Assembly: GCA_963700145.1 (NCBI GenBank)
Contig: OY969474.1
Coordinates: forward strand, 2,144,001-2,208,000
Length of the DNA stretch: 64,000 bases
Direction of reading: 5' to 3'
From: an uncultured Acidobacteriota bacterium
Lineage (GTDB): Bacteria > Acidobacteriota > Thermoanaerobaculia > Multivoradales > UBA5704
Part shown: positions 9,436-18,444 of the stretch, in pieces
Position numbering within the stretch: position 1 is the stretch's first letter
Layout of the letters: each line of letters opens with the position of its first letter
Translations under genes and position numbers: made by a program
The notes under the pieces: generated by a model
Told to the model about the DNA's origin: nothing
Databases searched by the model: none
What the model saw: the letters and a program-made list of their open reading frames with translations, nothing else

Positions 9436-10812
9436 CTACTCGCGCCCTCCCTTCGCCTTGCCGCGCGGCTTGGGCGTCACCTTCGGCGCCGGCGGCGTCG
9501 GCCCGCCCCCCTTGGAAGGGGCCAGCTTCGGCACGTCGAGCGACCAGAAGAGCATGTCGAGCGCCAGCGGCGAGAGCTGACCGGACGTCGCGGTCGAGGG
9601 CACGAACCCGGCAGTCGCCTCCGGCCCGAACATGAACGGGAAGAGATCGACCGGCGGGATGTCGCCGCCGAACTGCGCGTTGATCGCGTCGATGAAGAGG
9701 TTGGCGATGAAGGCGTAGCCGAACGGGGTCGGATGGACGCCGTCGTAGGAGAAAAAGCCGCCGGTCAGGAAGGCCGTGGTGTAGGTCACGCCGCCGATCG
9801 TGATCCCGCGTTGGGCGACCTGGGTGAACTCGGTGTTGATGTCCATGACCGCCGCGTTCACCTGGTTGGCCACGGTCTGGATGATGCCGTTGAGGGCCGC
9901 AGTGCGCGCCCGGATCGTCGCCACCTCGGCGGCGGAGAGCACCACCTCGTCGGGAAGCGGCGTTCCGCGGCCGCCGAGCGCGGCCGGGATGCCGATCCCC
10001 TGGCCGAGCAGGCCGGCGGCCGAGAGCAGCACGAAGTCCTGCCCCGGGGTCACGCCGACGAGCGGCACCAAGTTGCCGCCGATCCGCACCGGCACGTTGG
10101 TCCGCGGGTCGACCACGACCGGCGGGATCGTGGTGACGAAGGGGATCGAGGTGACGTCGGGGATGTTGCCGATCGCCATCCGCGCGCCGGCGGCGTTGAG
10201 CGAGGTGACGATCTGCCGGAAGTAGAGCTCGAAGCGGGGCACGGTGGTCAGGGTGACGTCGTCGATCACCCGGCCGGAGGTCGCCGCCCCCAGCACGTCG
10301 TTGTTGCCCACCCAGACGGTGACGAAGGTCGGCCGCAGCGCCAGCGCCTGCTGGAGCTGGGTCCCCTGGCCGCGCAGCACGAGGTCGTGCAGGCCGCCGG
10401 TGACCGTGGCCACCACGTCCTGGGCGTCGGCGCCCGGGACCCCGAGGTTGTTGTAGGGGCGCGGCAGGTTCAAGTTGAGCGGGTTGCCCGGCGTGTTCGA
10501 CTTGGGGGTGATGATGGTCGGGAAGAGGCCGCGCAGCGTCAGCAGCGGCGGGATGCCCGGCTGCGAGACGACCGGCTGCTCGAAGCCGGTGGCGGTGCCG
10601 CTCGCCTGCCGCCAGATGAGCGCCGGGTAGCTGTTGAGCTGGACGTCGCGCACCAGGCCGCTCGACATGAAGCCGGCGGTCAGGCTGTCGCCGATCGCCA
10701 CGTAGCGGCTGAAGTTGGCGCTGCCGGTGTTGACCTGCGCGGCGGCGGAAGCCGCGCCCGAGAGCAGGAGCAGGAGGGCCGAGACGGCCGCCTTGAGCGA
10801 GGGTCGGTGCAT
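9436..10812 (-). CDS. SGNH/GDSL-family lipolytic protein
   Basis: YVAIGDSLTAG, NLGVPGA, WVGNNDVL and DGVHP blocks; signal peptide. Confidence 0.9.
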   Translation of the reverse strand: MHRPSLKAAVSALLLLLSGAASAAAQVNTGSANFSRYVAIGDSLTAGFMSSGLVRDVQLNSYPALIWRQASGTATGFEQPVVSQPGIPPLLTLRGLFPTIITPKSNTPGNPLNLNLPRPYNNLGVPGADAQDVVATVTGGLHDLVLRGQGTQLQQALALRPTFVTVWVGNNDVLGAATSGRVIDDVTLTTVPRFELYFRQIVTSLNAAGARMAIGNIPDVTSIPFVTTIPPVVVDPRTNVPVRIGGNLVPLVGVTPGQDFVLLSAAGLLGQGIGIPAALGGRGTPLPDEVVLSAAEVATIRARTAALNGIIQTVANQVNAAVMDINTEFTQVAQRGITIGGVTYTTAFLTGGFFSYDGVHPTPFGYAFIANLFIDAINAQFGGDIPPVDLFPFMFGPEATAGFVPSTATSGQLSPLALDMLFWSLDVPKLAPSKGGGPTPPAPKVTPKPRGKAKGGRE

Positions 10813-10843
10813 GCCGCGTTCTCCTTGCATGGCCGCTGGCGGC

Positions 10844-12142
10844 CTACCAGTTGAGGGTGAAGGCCAGGAGGACGGCCTCGGTGTTGTAGGTGCCGAAGAA
10901 GTCGTTGCCCTCATCGGCGAAGCTCTCGTCGCGCTCGCGCTCGTCGAACTTGACGTACATCAGCGCCAGGTCCCAGGTGTGCTTGCCGGTGTGGCCCCAG
11001 CCGATGGTGAAGTCGTTGCGGTCGGCGTCGGGCAAGAGCGGCGAGATCGCCGCCTCCGGCTGCGGCGTCTCGTCGAAGATGTAGCCCAGCCGCAGCTGCG
11101 ACTTCGGCGAGATCGTCCAGCGGAAGCCGGCGCGGTAGTTGTAGACGTCCTCCCAGTGCTCTGGGATCGTGGCGTTCGGCAGGTCGCCGTCGGTGAAGGT
11201 GATCGGCACCTCCTCGAAGCTGCTCCAGCCGGTCCAGTTGACGTCGGTCTCGACGACGATGTTCGGCGACAGTGCGAAGGCGAGCCCGAGGCTCGCCATG
11301 TCGGGGAACTGGATCTCGGTGGCCACCGGCAGGTCGCGGCCGAAGGGGATGCGGGCGGCGATGATCGGATCGAGCGGCGTGCCGGTCAGGACCTGGGTGA
11401 CGCGCGCGTCGCCCTCGTAGTCGACGTCCACCTTGCTGCGGTAGGAGAGCCCCCAGGAGAAGCTGTTGTTGTACTTGTGCAGCACCCCGAAGTTCCAGCC
11501 GTACCCCTCGCTGGGGTCGGACTCCAGCTCCAGCCGGCCGACGTCCGAGACCCGCTGGGTGAAGGGGTTGATCGCCGGGACGCCGCGCTTGAGCTCGACG
11601 TCCGAGAGGCGGGCGACGGCGCCGAAGCCGACGCCGAAGTTGTCGCTCACCCGCCAGCCGAGCGTCGGGTTGAAGTCGAAGACGCGCAGTGCGGCCTTGG
11701 TGCTCAGGAAGCGGCCGGAGAACTCGTTGGGGTCCTTCCACTCGGTGATCAGGCCGAAGGGGTTGGTGACGCCGAGCCCCCAGGTCCAGCGGCTCCCCGC
11801 GGACACCGGGCGGCCGTAATAGAGATGGAGGAGCGGCTGGGAGAGGAGCTCCTGCTCGCCGCGGGCGTTGGGGCCCGGGAACGGGGCCGCGCCCTGGAAC
11901 TCGGCCTCGGTGCCCTGGAACCAGGTGATCCCGCCCATCCAGTCGGCCTTCTCGACGAAGGCGAGGCCGCCGGCGTTGTGGAACATCGCCGAGAGGTCGT
12001 CGGCCTGCGCCGTGAAGGCGCCGCCCATGCCCATCGCCTTGGTCCCCTGCTCGAAAATCGCGAACCCGGCCGCCTGGCCGGGCGCCGCGGCGGCCAGCCA
12101 GAGAGCGGCCACGGCCAGCCCCTTCAAGAACGCACCTCGCAT
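10844..12142 (-). CDS. OmpP1/FadL-family outer membrane transporter
   Basis: AGFAIFEQGTKAMGMGGAFTAQADDLSAMFHNAGGL, NPFGL and a C-terminal aromatic residue. Confidence 0.9.
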   Translation of the reverse strand: MRGAFLKGLAVAALWLAAAAPGQAAGFAIFEQGTKAMGMGGAFTAQADDLSAMFHNAGGLAFVEKADWMGGITWFQGTEAEFQGAAPFPGPNARGEQELLSQPLLHLYYGRPVSAGSRWTWGLGVTNPFGLITEWKDPNEFSGRFLSTKAALRVFDFNPTLGWRVSDNFGVGFGAVARLSDVELKRGVPAINPFTQRVSDVGRLELESDPSEGYGWNFGVLHKYNNSFSWGLSYRSKVDVDYEGDARVTQVLTGTPLDPIIAARIPFGRDLPVATEIQFPDMASLGLAFALSPNIVVETDVNWTGWSSFEEVPITFTDGDLPNATIPEHWEDVYNYRAGFRWTISPKSQLRLGYIFDETPQPEAAISPLLPDADRNDFTIGWGHTGKHTWDLALMYVKFDERERDESFADEGNDFFGTYNTEAVLLAFTLNW

Positions 12143-12268
12143 GCTCGATCTCCTCTCGGGATCCCGGCGGTCAAGAGAACGCGGGCACACTAACCCGCAC
12201 CCTGGGGGGTGTCAACGCGAAGCTGGCGGTCGCGGCGGGAGTAGAGTAAGGACGGAGGAGCGACGGCG

Positions 12269-12769
12269 ATGCGTTTCGAGCACGAGGTCCAGGAGCAGAC
12301 GTTCTACCGCGTGGAGGAGTACCTGCGCGAGCTGTTCGACGAGCCGTACCACGAGCCGGAGACCGATCACTTCTACGTCCGCTACGGCACCACGGTGCTG
12401 GAGATCTCGGTCGAGCCGTACGGGCCGGAGGAGGCGGTGGTGACGGTGATGTCTTACTGCGTGCAGGACGTGGAGGTGAGCGAGGAGCTCCTGCTCGGTC
12501 TGCTCGAGCTCAACCACACGCTCCTCTTCGGCTCGTTCTCGCTGGTCGGCAGCGACATCTTCTTGGCCTACTCGCTCTTCGGCCACTCGCTGCAGCGCCG
12601 CAACCTGCTCGGCGCGATCGCCGCCGTGGCTACGTTGGCCGACGACTACGACGACCGCATCGTCGAAAAGTACGGCGGCCAGACGGCGCTCGAGAAGATC
12701 CAAGACACCGGCGGGCGGCGGCGGCGGACCGAGACCGGGGCGGAGACGGGGACCGAGGTCGAGGCCTAA
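12269..12769 (+). CDS. YbjN/CesT-like domain protein
   Basis: LLELNHTLLFGSFSL...VATLADDYDDRIVEKYGG; SD-like GGAGG upstream. Confidence 0.7.
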   Translation: MRFEHEVQEQTFYRVEEYLRELFDEPYHEPETDHFYVRYGTTVLEISVEPYGPEEAVVTVMSYCVQDVEVSEELLLGLLELNHTLLFGSFSLVGSDIFLAYSLFGHSLQRRNLLGAIAAVATLADDYDDRIVEKYGGQTALEKIQDTGGRRRRTETGAETGTEVEA

Positions 12770-13445
12770 TTCCCCGGGTCTCCTCCGCGCGGGGCGGATA
12801 GTGCCGCGTGAGATGCCGGGCCACCCGGCCCGCGAAAGAGTCGCGCCGCTTCGCGGTTCCCGGTCAGAAGGGGTGGCGGCCGCAGAGCCAGGTCGGCTCC
12901 GTTCGCGGACGTCGGTGGTGACTTCACCCGAACGCGACGCTTTCGCGGACCTCTGGCCCGGCACATCACGCGGCGCCATGACTCGGGGCTCTGAAGTGAC
13001 GTCCAGCAAAAAAAGGGGCAACCCCCTCCTTGTCATCCCGAGCGAGAGCGAGGGATCTGGGCGGGGGGCGGCGCGATGCCGGTGAGTCTTCGCGCCACCC
13101 CTACCCCCAGATCCCTCGCTCACGCTCGGGATGACATGGGCCACCATCTGAGCAGGGGCTCCACCACCGGTTCTAGGGCCCGCAGGTCTCTGGAGCGCCG
13201 GGCGCTCCGTCCGCTCCCCCTCGCAAGCCACCGTGCGAGGCGCCGGAGCCATCGCCGTGTTTGCCGGCAACACCTCCTGTACCAGCACGCGCAGCGCGGA
13301 CACAAAGGAGCGCCCGGCGCGGAGGAGAGCCTGCGGGCCCCCACACCGGAACGGCCGCAGCGCGCTTTTCCAGGCTTTATCAGTGCCGCACGCGCTCGCG
13401 CGCCGCTTCTTCCATCGCGCGGTCCAGCACGCGCCGGTGCTCCTC
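12770..13445 (-). repeat. Composite repeat of about 670 bp, copy A (inverted copy of 17183-17855, including the smpB 3' end)
   Basis: The reverse complement aligns along its length to 17183-17855 with scattered substitutions; contains the 106-bp hairpin 13031-13136. Confidence 0.95.
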
Positions 13446-13609
13446 TAGAGCCTCCTCGATGAGCCAGTCGAGCTTGCCGGCCGCGGAATCGGCCTCGATC
13501 TGCCGGTCCCAGCGCGCGTGCTCGTACTCGATGAACCAGCGCGCAGCTCGGCGAACGACGCGTCGTCCAGCTCCTCGATCTGCTTCTCGATCGGTGCGAC
13601 CTTGCTCAT
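13380..13609 (-). pseudogene. Frameshifted small antitoxin-like gene fused to an smpB C-terminal remnant
   Basis: MSKVAPIEKQIEELDDASFAELRA, 1-nt shift, then WFIEYEHARWDRQIEADSAAGKLDWLIEEALEEHRRVLDRAMEEAARERVRH*. Confidence 0.7.
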
Positions 13610-13678
13610 GCTGTCGATCCTATGGCAGCGGGTTGGACAAGAAAGCAGCATAAGATAGACAAGTTAGGAGAGGCGCTC

Positions 13679-13969
13679 GTGAACTGGAAGATCGGTGAAG
13701 CCAAGCAACGGTTTTCGGAGGTCGTGCGGGCGGCCGAGGACGAGCCGCAGCGGATCTACCACCGGGAGCGCCTGGTCGCAGCTGTCGTGGACGCAGAGAC
13801 GCTGGAGGACTATCTCGCCTGGTGCGAGCGCCGCGGTCGCCGGACGCTGGCGGACACCTTCGCCGAGCTGCGCGACCTCTTGCACGATGAGCCGGACGGT
13901 CTGACAGTCCCCGAGCGCGAGGATCGCGAGAACGCGTTCGCCGAGGTCCTCGACCGTGTACCTGGTTGA
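13679..13969 (+). CDS. Phd/YefM-family antitoxin
   Basis: WKIGEAKQRFSEVVRAAEDEPQRI; AGGAG upstream of the GTG. Confidence 0.85.
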   Translation: MNWKIGEAKQRFSEVVRAAEDEPQRIYHRERLVAAVVDAETLEDYLAWCERRGRRTLADTFAELRDLLHDEPDGLTVPEREDRENAFAEVLDRVPG

Positions 13970-14351
13970 CACCAACATCCTCTCGGAGCTGGCGCGCCCG
14001 GAACCCGATCCAGGCGTCCTGGCCTGGGCCAGTGAGATCTCGCGCGTGGCGGTGAGCGTGGTCACCGCGGAGGAGCTCTATTTCGGCCTGGCTTGGAAGC
14101 CGCGGCCGAAAGTGCGTGCCTGGGTCGAGGCGTTCCTCGACGAGCACTGCGACCTCTTACCCATCACTCCCGAGATCGCGCGAGGTGCCGGTGAGCTCCG
14201 CGGCCGACTACGCGCCCAAGGTGTGAACCGCTCTCAAGCCGACATGCTGATCGCCGCCACCGCGCAGGCGCACGACTTGATCCTCGTCACCCACAACGTC
14301 CGCGACTTCGAAGGCTGCCCGGTCAGGCTCCTAGACCCCATGCAGCGGTAG
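13956..14351 (+). CDS. VapC PIN-domain toxin
   Basis: YLVDTNILSEL...EEL...DMLIAATA...LVTHNVRDF. Confidence 0.92.
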   Translation: MYLVDTNILSELARPEPDPGVLAWASEISRVAVSVVTAEELYFGLAWKPRPKVRAWVEAFLDEHCDLLPITPEIARGAGELRGRLRAQGVNRSQADMLIAATAQAHDLILVTHNVRDFEGCPVRLLDPMQR

Positions 14352-16166
14352 CTCGATCGTGAACACCGCCCCCCGCGGCTGGTTGTCTTCCACCCGGATC
14401 GTCCCCTGGTGGTCAGTGACGATGCGGTGGACGATCGAGAGGCCCAGGCCGGTGCCGCGGCCTTTGGTGGAGTAGTAGGGGAGGAAGAGTTTCTCCTTCG
14501 CCTCGGGAGGGATGCCGGGGCCGGTGTCGGCGACGCGGATCTCGAGGTGGCCGTCGGCGGCGGCGGCGCGCAGCTCGACGCGCCCGGGGGGCGGCGTCGC
14601 CTCGACGGCGTTGTCGAGGAGATTGATGAGGGCGCGCTTGATCTGCTCGGGGTCGAGCCAGACCTCGCCGAGCTCCGGCGCCACCGCGCCTTCGACCGCC
14701 ACGCCGGGCTTGACGCCGCGGTAGAGGTGGAGCGTCTCGTCGACCAGCTTCCCCAAATCCACCCGCACCGGCCGCGGCCGCGGCATCCGCGCGTAGCGCG
14801 AGAACTCGTCGACCATCGCCTGCATCGCCCCGACCTCGCGGACGATGACCTCCACCCCCTCCTCGATCGCCGCGCCGAGCCCCGGGTCCGCCGCGCGCTG
14901 CTTCCGGAGCACGCGCTCGGCGGCCAGCCGGATCGGCGTCAGCGGGTTCTTGATCTCGTGCGCCAGGCGCCGCGCCGCCTCGTTCCAGGCGGCGAGCTGC
15001 CGCGCTTCGAGCAGCTCCTCGGTCCGCCGCTCGAGCAGCGCCCGGCTGGCCTCGAGCTCCGCGGTCATGCGGTTGAACGAAGAGACGAGCACCCCCAGCT
15101 CGTCGTCGGCCTCGACGTCGACGCGGTGGGAGAGCTCGCCGCCGCTGATCCGCCGGGTGCCTTCGGCGAGCGCCAGGATCGGCACCGTCACCCGCCGTGC
15201 CAGGTAGAGCCCGACCCAGGAGGAGGCGAGGAGGATGAGCAGCGTCATCATGAGAAAGATCAGGAAGTGGCTGGCGCGCAGGTCGTCCTTCTGCACTTCG
15301 AGCTGGCGGAAGCTCTGCTCGCCCTGCATCAGCGCCTCGGCGCGGCCGGCGAGCGCCGGCTCGAGGACGTCCCCGGCCACCACCACCGTCGTCAGCTCCA
15401 GCCGCTCCCCCGGCTCGGCGGCGGCGGCGAGGAGGAGGCGCCCGCGCCCGCCCGGCGGCGCCTGCCGCCGCAGCGCCCGCCCCTCCCGCACCGCCTCCTC
15501 CAGCAGGTCGCGGCCGGGCTCCGGCAGGTCGGGGAGACCGGCGCGCGGATCGACCACCGCCTGCACGAACTCGGTCCCCTCGTAGACGGCGAGGAGGTCC
15601 ACGCCGTGCTCCGCCACGAGCGCCCGCAGCCGGCGCGCCAGCGCGGTGCGCTCCGCCGGGCTCTCGAGGTCCAGCTCCGCGACCTCGGCGAGCACCCGCC
15701 CGGCGGCGCGCAGGCTGTCCTCCTCGACGCGGCGGTAGAGCGCCTGCGCCACGGCGCTCCCTTGCTCGAGCACCGGCCGGGCCGGGGCGTTGAACCAGCG
15801 ATCGATGGAGCCCTGGAGGAGCTCGGCGGCGAGGAGGAAGAGCAGCAGCACCGGGATCAGCGACAGGCCGATGTAGGAGGCCACGAGCTTGGTCTTGAAC
15901 TTCGAGCCCAGGACGCGGTGCCGCCGCTCGACCGCCAGCTTGAAGAGGTTGCGCAGCAGGACGAAGAGGACGGTGAGGATGAGGACGACGTTGGCGTACC
16001 AGAGGACGAAGAGGAGGAGGCGGTTGGCGACCAAGACCGCCGGCAGGTCGCGCCCGCGCTGGAGGAGATAGAAGGCCGCCGCCAGGACGAGCAGGAGCAG
16101 GGCCAGCCCGCCGACGATCAGGCGGGTGTCCTTGCGGTGGCGGAGGAGGCGGTCGCGGAGGTCCAT
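14331..16166 (-). CDS. NtrY-like membrane sensor histidine kinase (HAMP-HisKA-HATPase, no PAS visible)
   Basis: AHEIKNPLTPI, NLLDNAVEA, DTGPGI and GTGLGL motifs. Confidence 0.9.
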   Translation of the reverse strand: MDLRDRLLRHRKDTRLIVGGLALLLLVLAAAFYLLQRGRDLPAVLVANRLLLFVLWYANVVLILTVLFVLLRNLFKLAVERRHRVLGSKFKTKLVASYIGLSLIPVLLLFLLAAELLQGSIDRWFNAPARPVLEQGSAVAQALYRRVEEDSLRAAGRVLAEVAELDLESPAERTALARRLRALVAEHGVDLLAVYEGTEFVQAVVDPRAGLPDLPEPGRDLLEEAVREGRALRRQAPPGGRGRLLLAAAAEPGERLELTTVVVAGDVLEPALAGRAEALMQGEQSFRQLEVQKDDLRASHFLIFLMMTLLILLASSWVGLYLARRVTVPILALAEGTRRISGGELSHRVDVEADDELGVLVSSFNRMTAELEASRALLERRTEELLEARQLAAWNEAARRLAHEIKNPLTPIRLAAERVLRKQRAADPGLGAAIEEGVEVIVREVGAMQAMVDEFSRYARMPRPRPVRVDLGKLVDETLHLYRGVKPGVAVEGAVAPELGEVWLDPEQIKRALINLLDNAVEATPPPGRVELRAAAADGHLEIRVADTGPGIPPEAKEKLFLPYYSTKGRGTGLGLSIVHRIVTDHQGTIRVEDNQPRGAVFTIELPLHGV

Positions 16167-16175
16167 CGCCGCGGC

Positions 16176-16727
16176 TCAGGGGCTCGGCGCCGGCGCCGCC
16201 GGGTGGAACTTGCGCGACTCCGCCCAGGCGGTCGCCACGCGCGCCGGGAGGAGCCCGAGGACCATCCGCGTCCCGAACTCGGCGCGCGCCCGCACCAGCA
16301 GGCGCTGGCGGCGCGGCAGGCCCTCGAGGCTGAAGACGGGCACCCGCTCGAGGCGGGTCATCGCCCGCTCGATCGCCGGCCGCTCGCGCACCGTGCGCGT
16401 GTCGATCAGCTTGCCGTCGAGGCGGTAGTTGACGGTCGTCTCCTGGGTCACCGCGTCGTGCACCGCCGCCACCTCCAGCGTGTTCTCGGCGACGCCGCGG
16501 TCGAACCAGCGCTTGCGGTCGCGCAGTAGCTCGAAGCGGTAGACGATCTCGGTCGGCAAGCCACTCTGGAGGCGGGCGAGGAGGGCACCGTCGAAGGCGT
16601 TGCGCAGCACCAGCGAGACGAGGGCCCGCTCGCCGTCCACCGCCACCTGCAGGTTCGAGACGCTCGCCTCCGGCCCGCCCTCGGCCAGGAGCAGGAGGAG
16701 CCAGAGAAGCGCCGCGCCGCGAGTCAT
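16176..16727 (-). CDS. DUF4390-like exported protein
   Basis: LQSGLPTEIVYRFEL...WFDR; sits upstream of an NtrY-like kinase, as usual for this family. Confidence 0.7.
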   Translation of the reverse strand: MTRGAALLWLLLLLAEGGPEASVSNLQVAVDGERALVSLVLRNAFDGALLARLQSGLPTEIVYRFELLRDRKRWFDRGVAENTLEVAAVHDAVTQETTVNYRLDGKLIDTRTVRERPAIERAMTRLERVPVFSLEGLPRRQRLLVRARAEFGTRMVLGLLPARVATAWAESRKFHPAAPAPSP

Positions 16728-16769
16728 CCCTGGCCGGAGTGTAGCGCGCGGGCGGTTACACTTGCCGGT

Positions 16770-17246
16770 ATGGCGAAGCCCGGCAAGGAGGGGGTGCGCA
16801 GCCTGGCGCAGAACCGCCGCGCGCTCCACGACTACCACGTCCTCGAGCGGCTGGAGGCGGGGATCGCGCTCACCGGCACCGAGGTCAAGGCGGCGCGCGC
16901 CGGCAAGGTGCAGCTCAAGGACAGCTACGTCGCCTTCGACGGCGACCAGGCCTGGCTGATCGGCGCGCACATCAGCCCCTACAGCCACGGCAACCGGCAG
17001 AACCACGACCCCGAGCGCAAGCGCCGGCTGCTGCTCAAGCGGCGCGAGATCGAGCGTCTGTTTGGCCGGACGCAGATCAAGGGGCAGACAGTCATCCCGC
17101 TCGCCGTCTACCTCAAAGGCAACTGGATCAAGCTGGAGCTGGGGCTAGCCCAGGGCAAGAAGCTTTATGACAAGCGCGAGGCCGAGAAGCGGCGGGTGTT
17201 GGACCGTGAGATGGAAGAGGCGGTGCGGGAGCGGGCGCGGCGCTGA
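16770..17246 (+). CDS. smpB: SsrA-binding protein SmpB
   Basis: NRRALHDY, EAGIALTGTEVK, NHDPERKRRLLL and GKKLYDKRE motifs. Confidence 0.97.
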   Translation: MAKPGKEGVRSLAQNRRALHDYHVLERLEAGIALTGTEVKAARAGKVQLKDSYVAFDGDQAWLIGAHISPYSHGNRQNHDPERKRRLLLKRREIERLFGRTQIKGQTVIPLAVYLKGNWIKLELGLAQGKKLYDKREAEKRRVLDREMEEAVRERARR

Positions 17247-17855
17247 TAAGCCTGAAAAGCAGCTTGCTGCGGCCGTTCCGGTGTGGGGTCCCGCAGGCTC
17301 TCCTCCGCGCCGGACGCTCCTTTGTGTCCGCGCTGCGCGTGCTGGTACAGGAAGTGTTGCCGGCAAACACGGGGGTGGCTCCGGCGCCTCGCACTGTGGC
17401 CTGCTGAGGTGAGCAGACGGAGCGCCCGGCGCTCCAGAGACCTGCGGGCCCTAGAACCGGTGGTGGAGCCCCTGCTCAGATGGTGGCCCCTGTCATCCCG
17501 AGCGTGAGCGAGGGATCTGGGGGTAGGGGTGGCGCGAAGACTCACCGGCATCGCGCCGCCCCCCGCCCAGATCCCTCGCTCCCGCTCGGGATGACAAGGA
17601 GGGGGTTGCCCCTTTTTTTGCTGGACGTCACTTCAGAGTTCCGAGTCATGGCGCCGCGTGATGTGCCGGGCCAGAGGCCTGCGAAAGCGTCGCGTTCGGG
17701 TGAAGTCACCACCGCCGTCCGCGAACGGAGCCGACCTGGCTCTGCGGCCTCTACCGGCCCTGACCGGGAACCGCGAAGCGGCGCGACTCTTTCGCGGGCC
17801 GGGTGGCCCGGCATCTCACGCGGCACTATCCGCCCCGCGCGGGAGAGCCAGGAAA
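17183..17855 (+). repeat. Composite repeat copy B: smpB 3' end followed by three long hairpins (17286-17451, 17491-17596, 17653-17824)
   Basis: Direct comparison with 12770-13445; paired arms were read by eye. Confidence 0.95.
17597..17620 (+). terminator. Intrinsic terminator-like hairpin within the repeat (mirrored at about 13007-13030 on the - strand)
   Basis: AGGGGG-TTG-CCCCT followed by a run of T. Confidence 0.5.
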
Positions 17856-17892
17856 CTCTTTTGACCGGCAACGGAACACGGGGGAGAAGACC

Positions 17893-18430
17893 CGGAAAGC
17901 TCCCCGCGCCGTCCGGAAAGCGAACGCAGACGGCGGGAAGCGTCTCGAAGGCCGGGGAAATTCGGCGGCGGCGCGGGGAAAGGCTCTGCGGACGCGTCGA
18001 AACTCTCCCCGCTCGACTCAGACCGCTCTGCACTGCGAACGGAGCGCTCCGGCGCTCCGCGGGAGTCCGTCGGCGCTTGCGCGGAGCGCTCCCGCGGTGT
18101 GCGGATCTCTGGAACGGCTATCGCGGACCTCGCAGCGAGCCAGTCGGAGGCAGCGCCGGCTCGGCCGGCCGGCTCGTGCGGGTCGCCGGAGGCCGCGCCG
18201 GCTCGCTTGGAATTGCGCCGCAGACCGCTGGAGCGCTCCCGCCGACGCCGGGAGCATTTCCTCGTCGCGCGGGAGCCTTCCCGGTCGTCCTGGGAATGCT
18301 CCCGGTCTCGCTGGGAGAATTTCGCTCTCGCCGGAAACGCTCTGGCAAGGCGCGGGAGTCATTCGCCGTGCGCGCAGAGCGTTCCCGATGTCGTCGGGAG
18401 TCTTTCCAGCCGCTCCGGAAGTCTTCCGCG
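17893..18430. repeat. Degenerate tandem array with about 21-bp period
   Basis: (C/G)GGA(A/G)...TCCC recurs about every 21 nt, e.g. gggagcatttcctcgtcgcgc / gggagccttcccggtcgtcct / gggaatgctcccggtctcgct. Confidence 0.6.
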
Positions 18431-18444
18431 CTATCCTCCTGACG

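Noticed and set aside
12212-13303. 363-aa ORF through repeat copy A
   Set aside because: It is antisense to the YbjN-like gene, and the same frame contains a stop in copy B.
17247-17855. tmRNA (ssrA) next to smpB
   Set aside because: No tRNA-Ala-like acceptor stem or T-arm (GGTTCRANTCC) and no tag ORF; CTCCACCA occurs only on the opposite strand without a T-loop.
17803-18444. N-terminal extension of the Ser/Thr kinase
   Set aside because: It lies in repeat DNA. The kinase domain and a -10-like box support ATG 18445.
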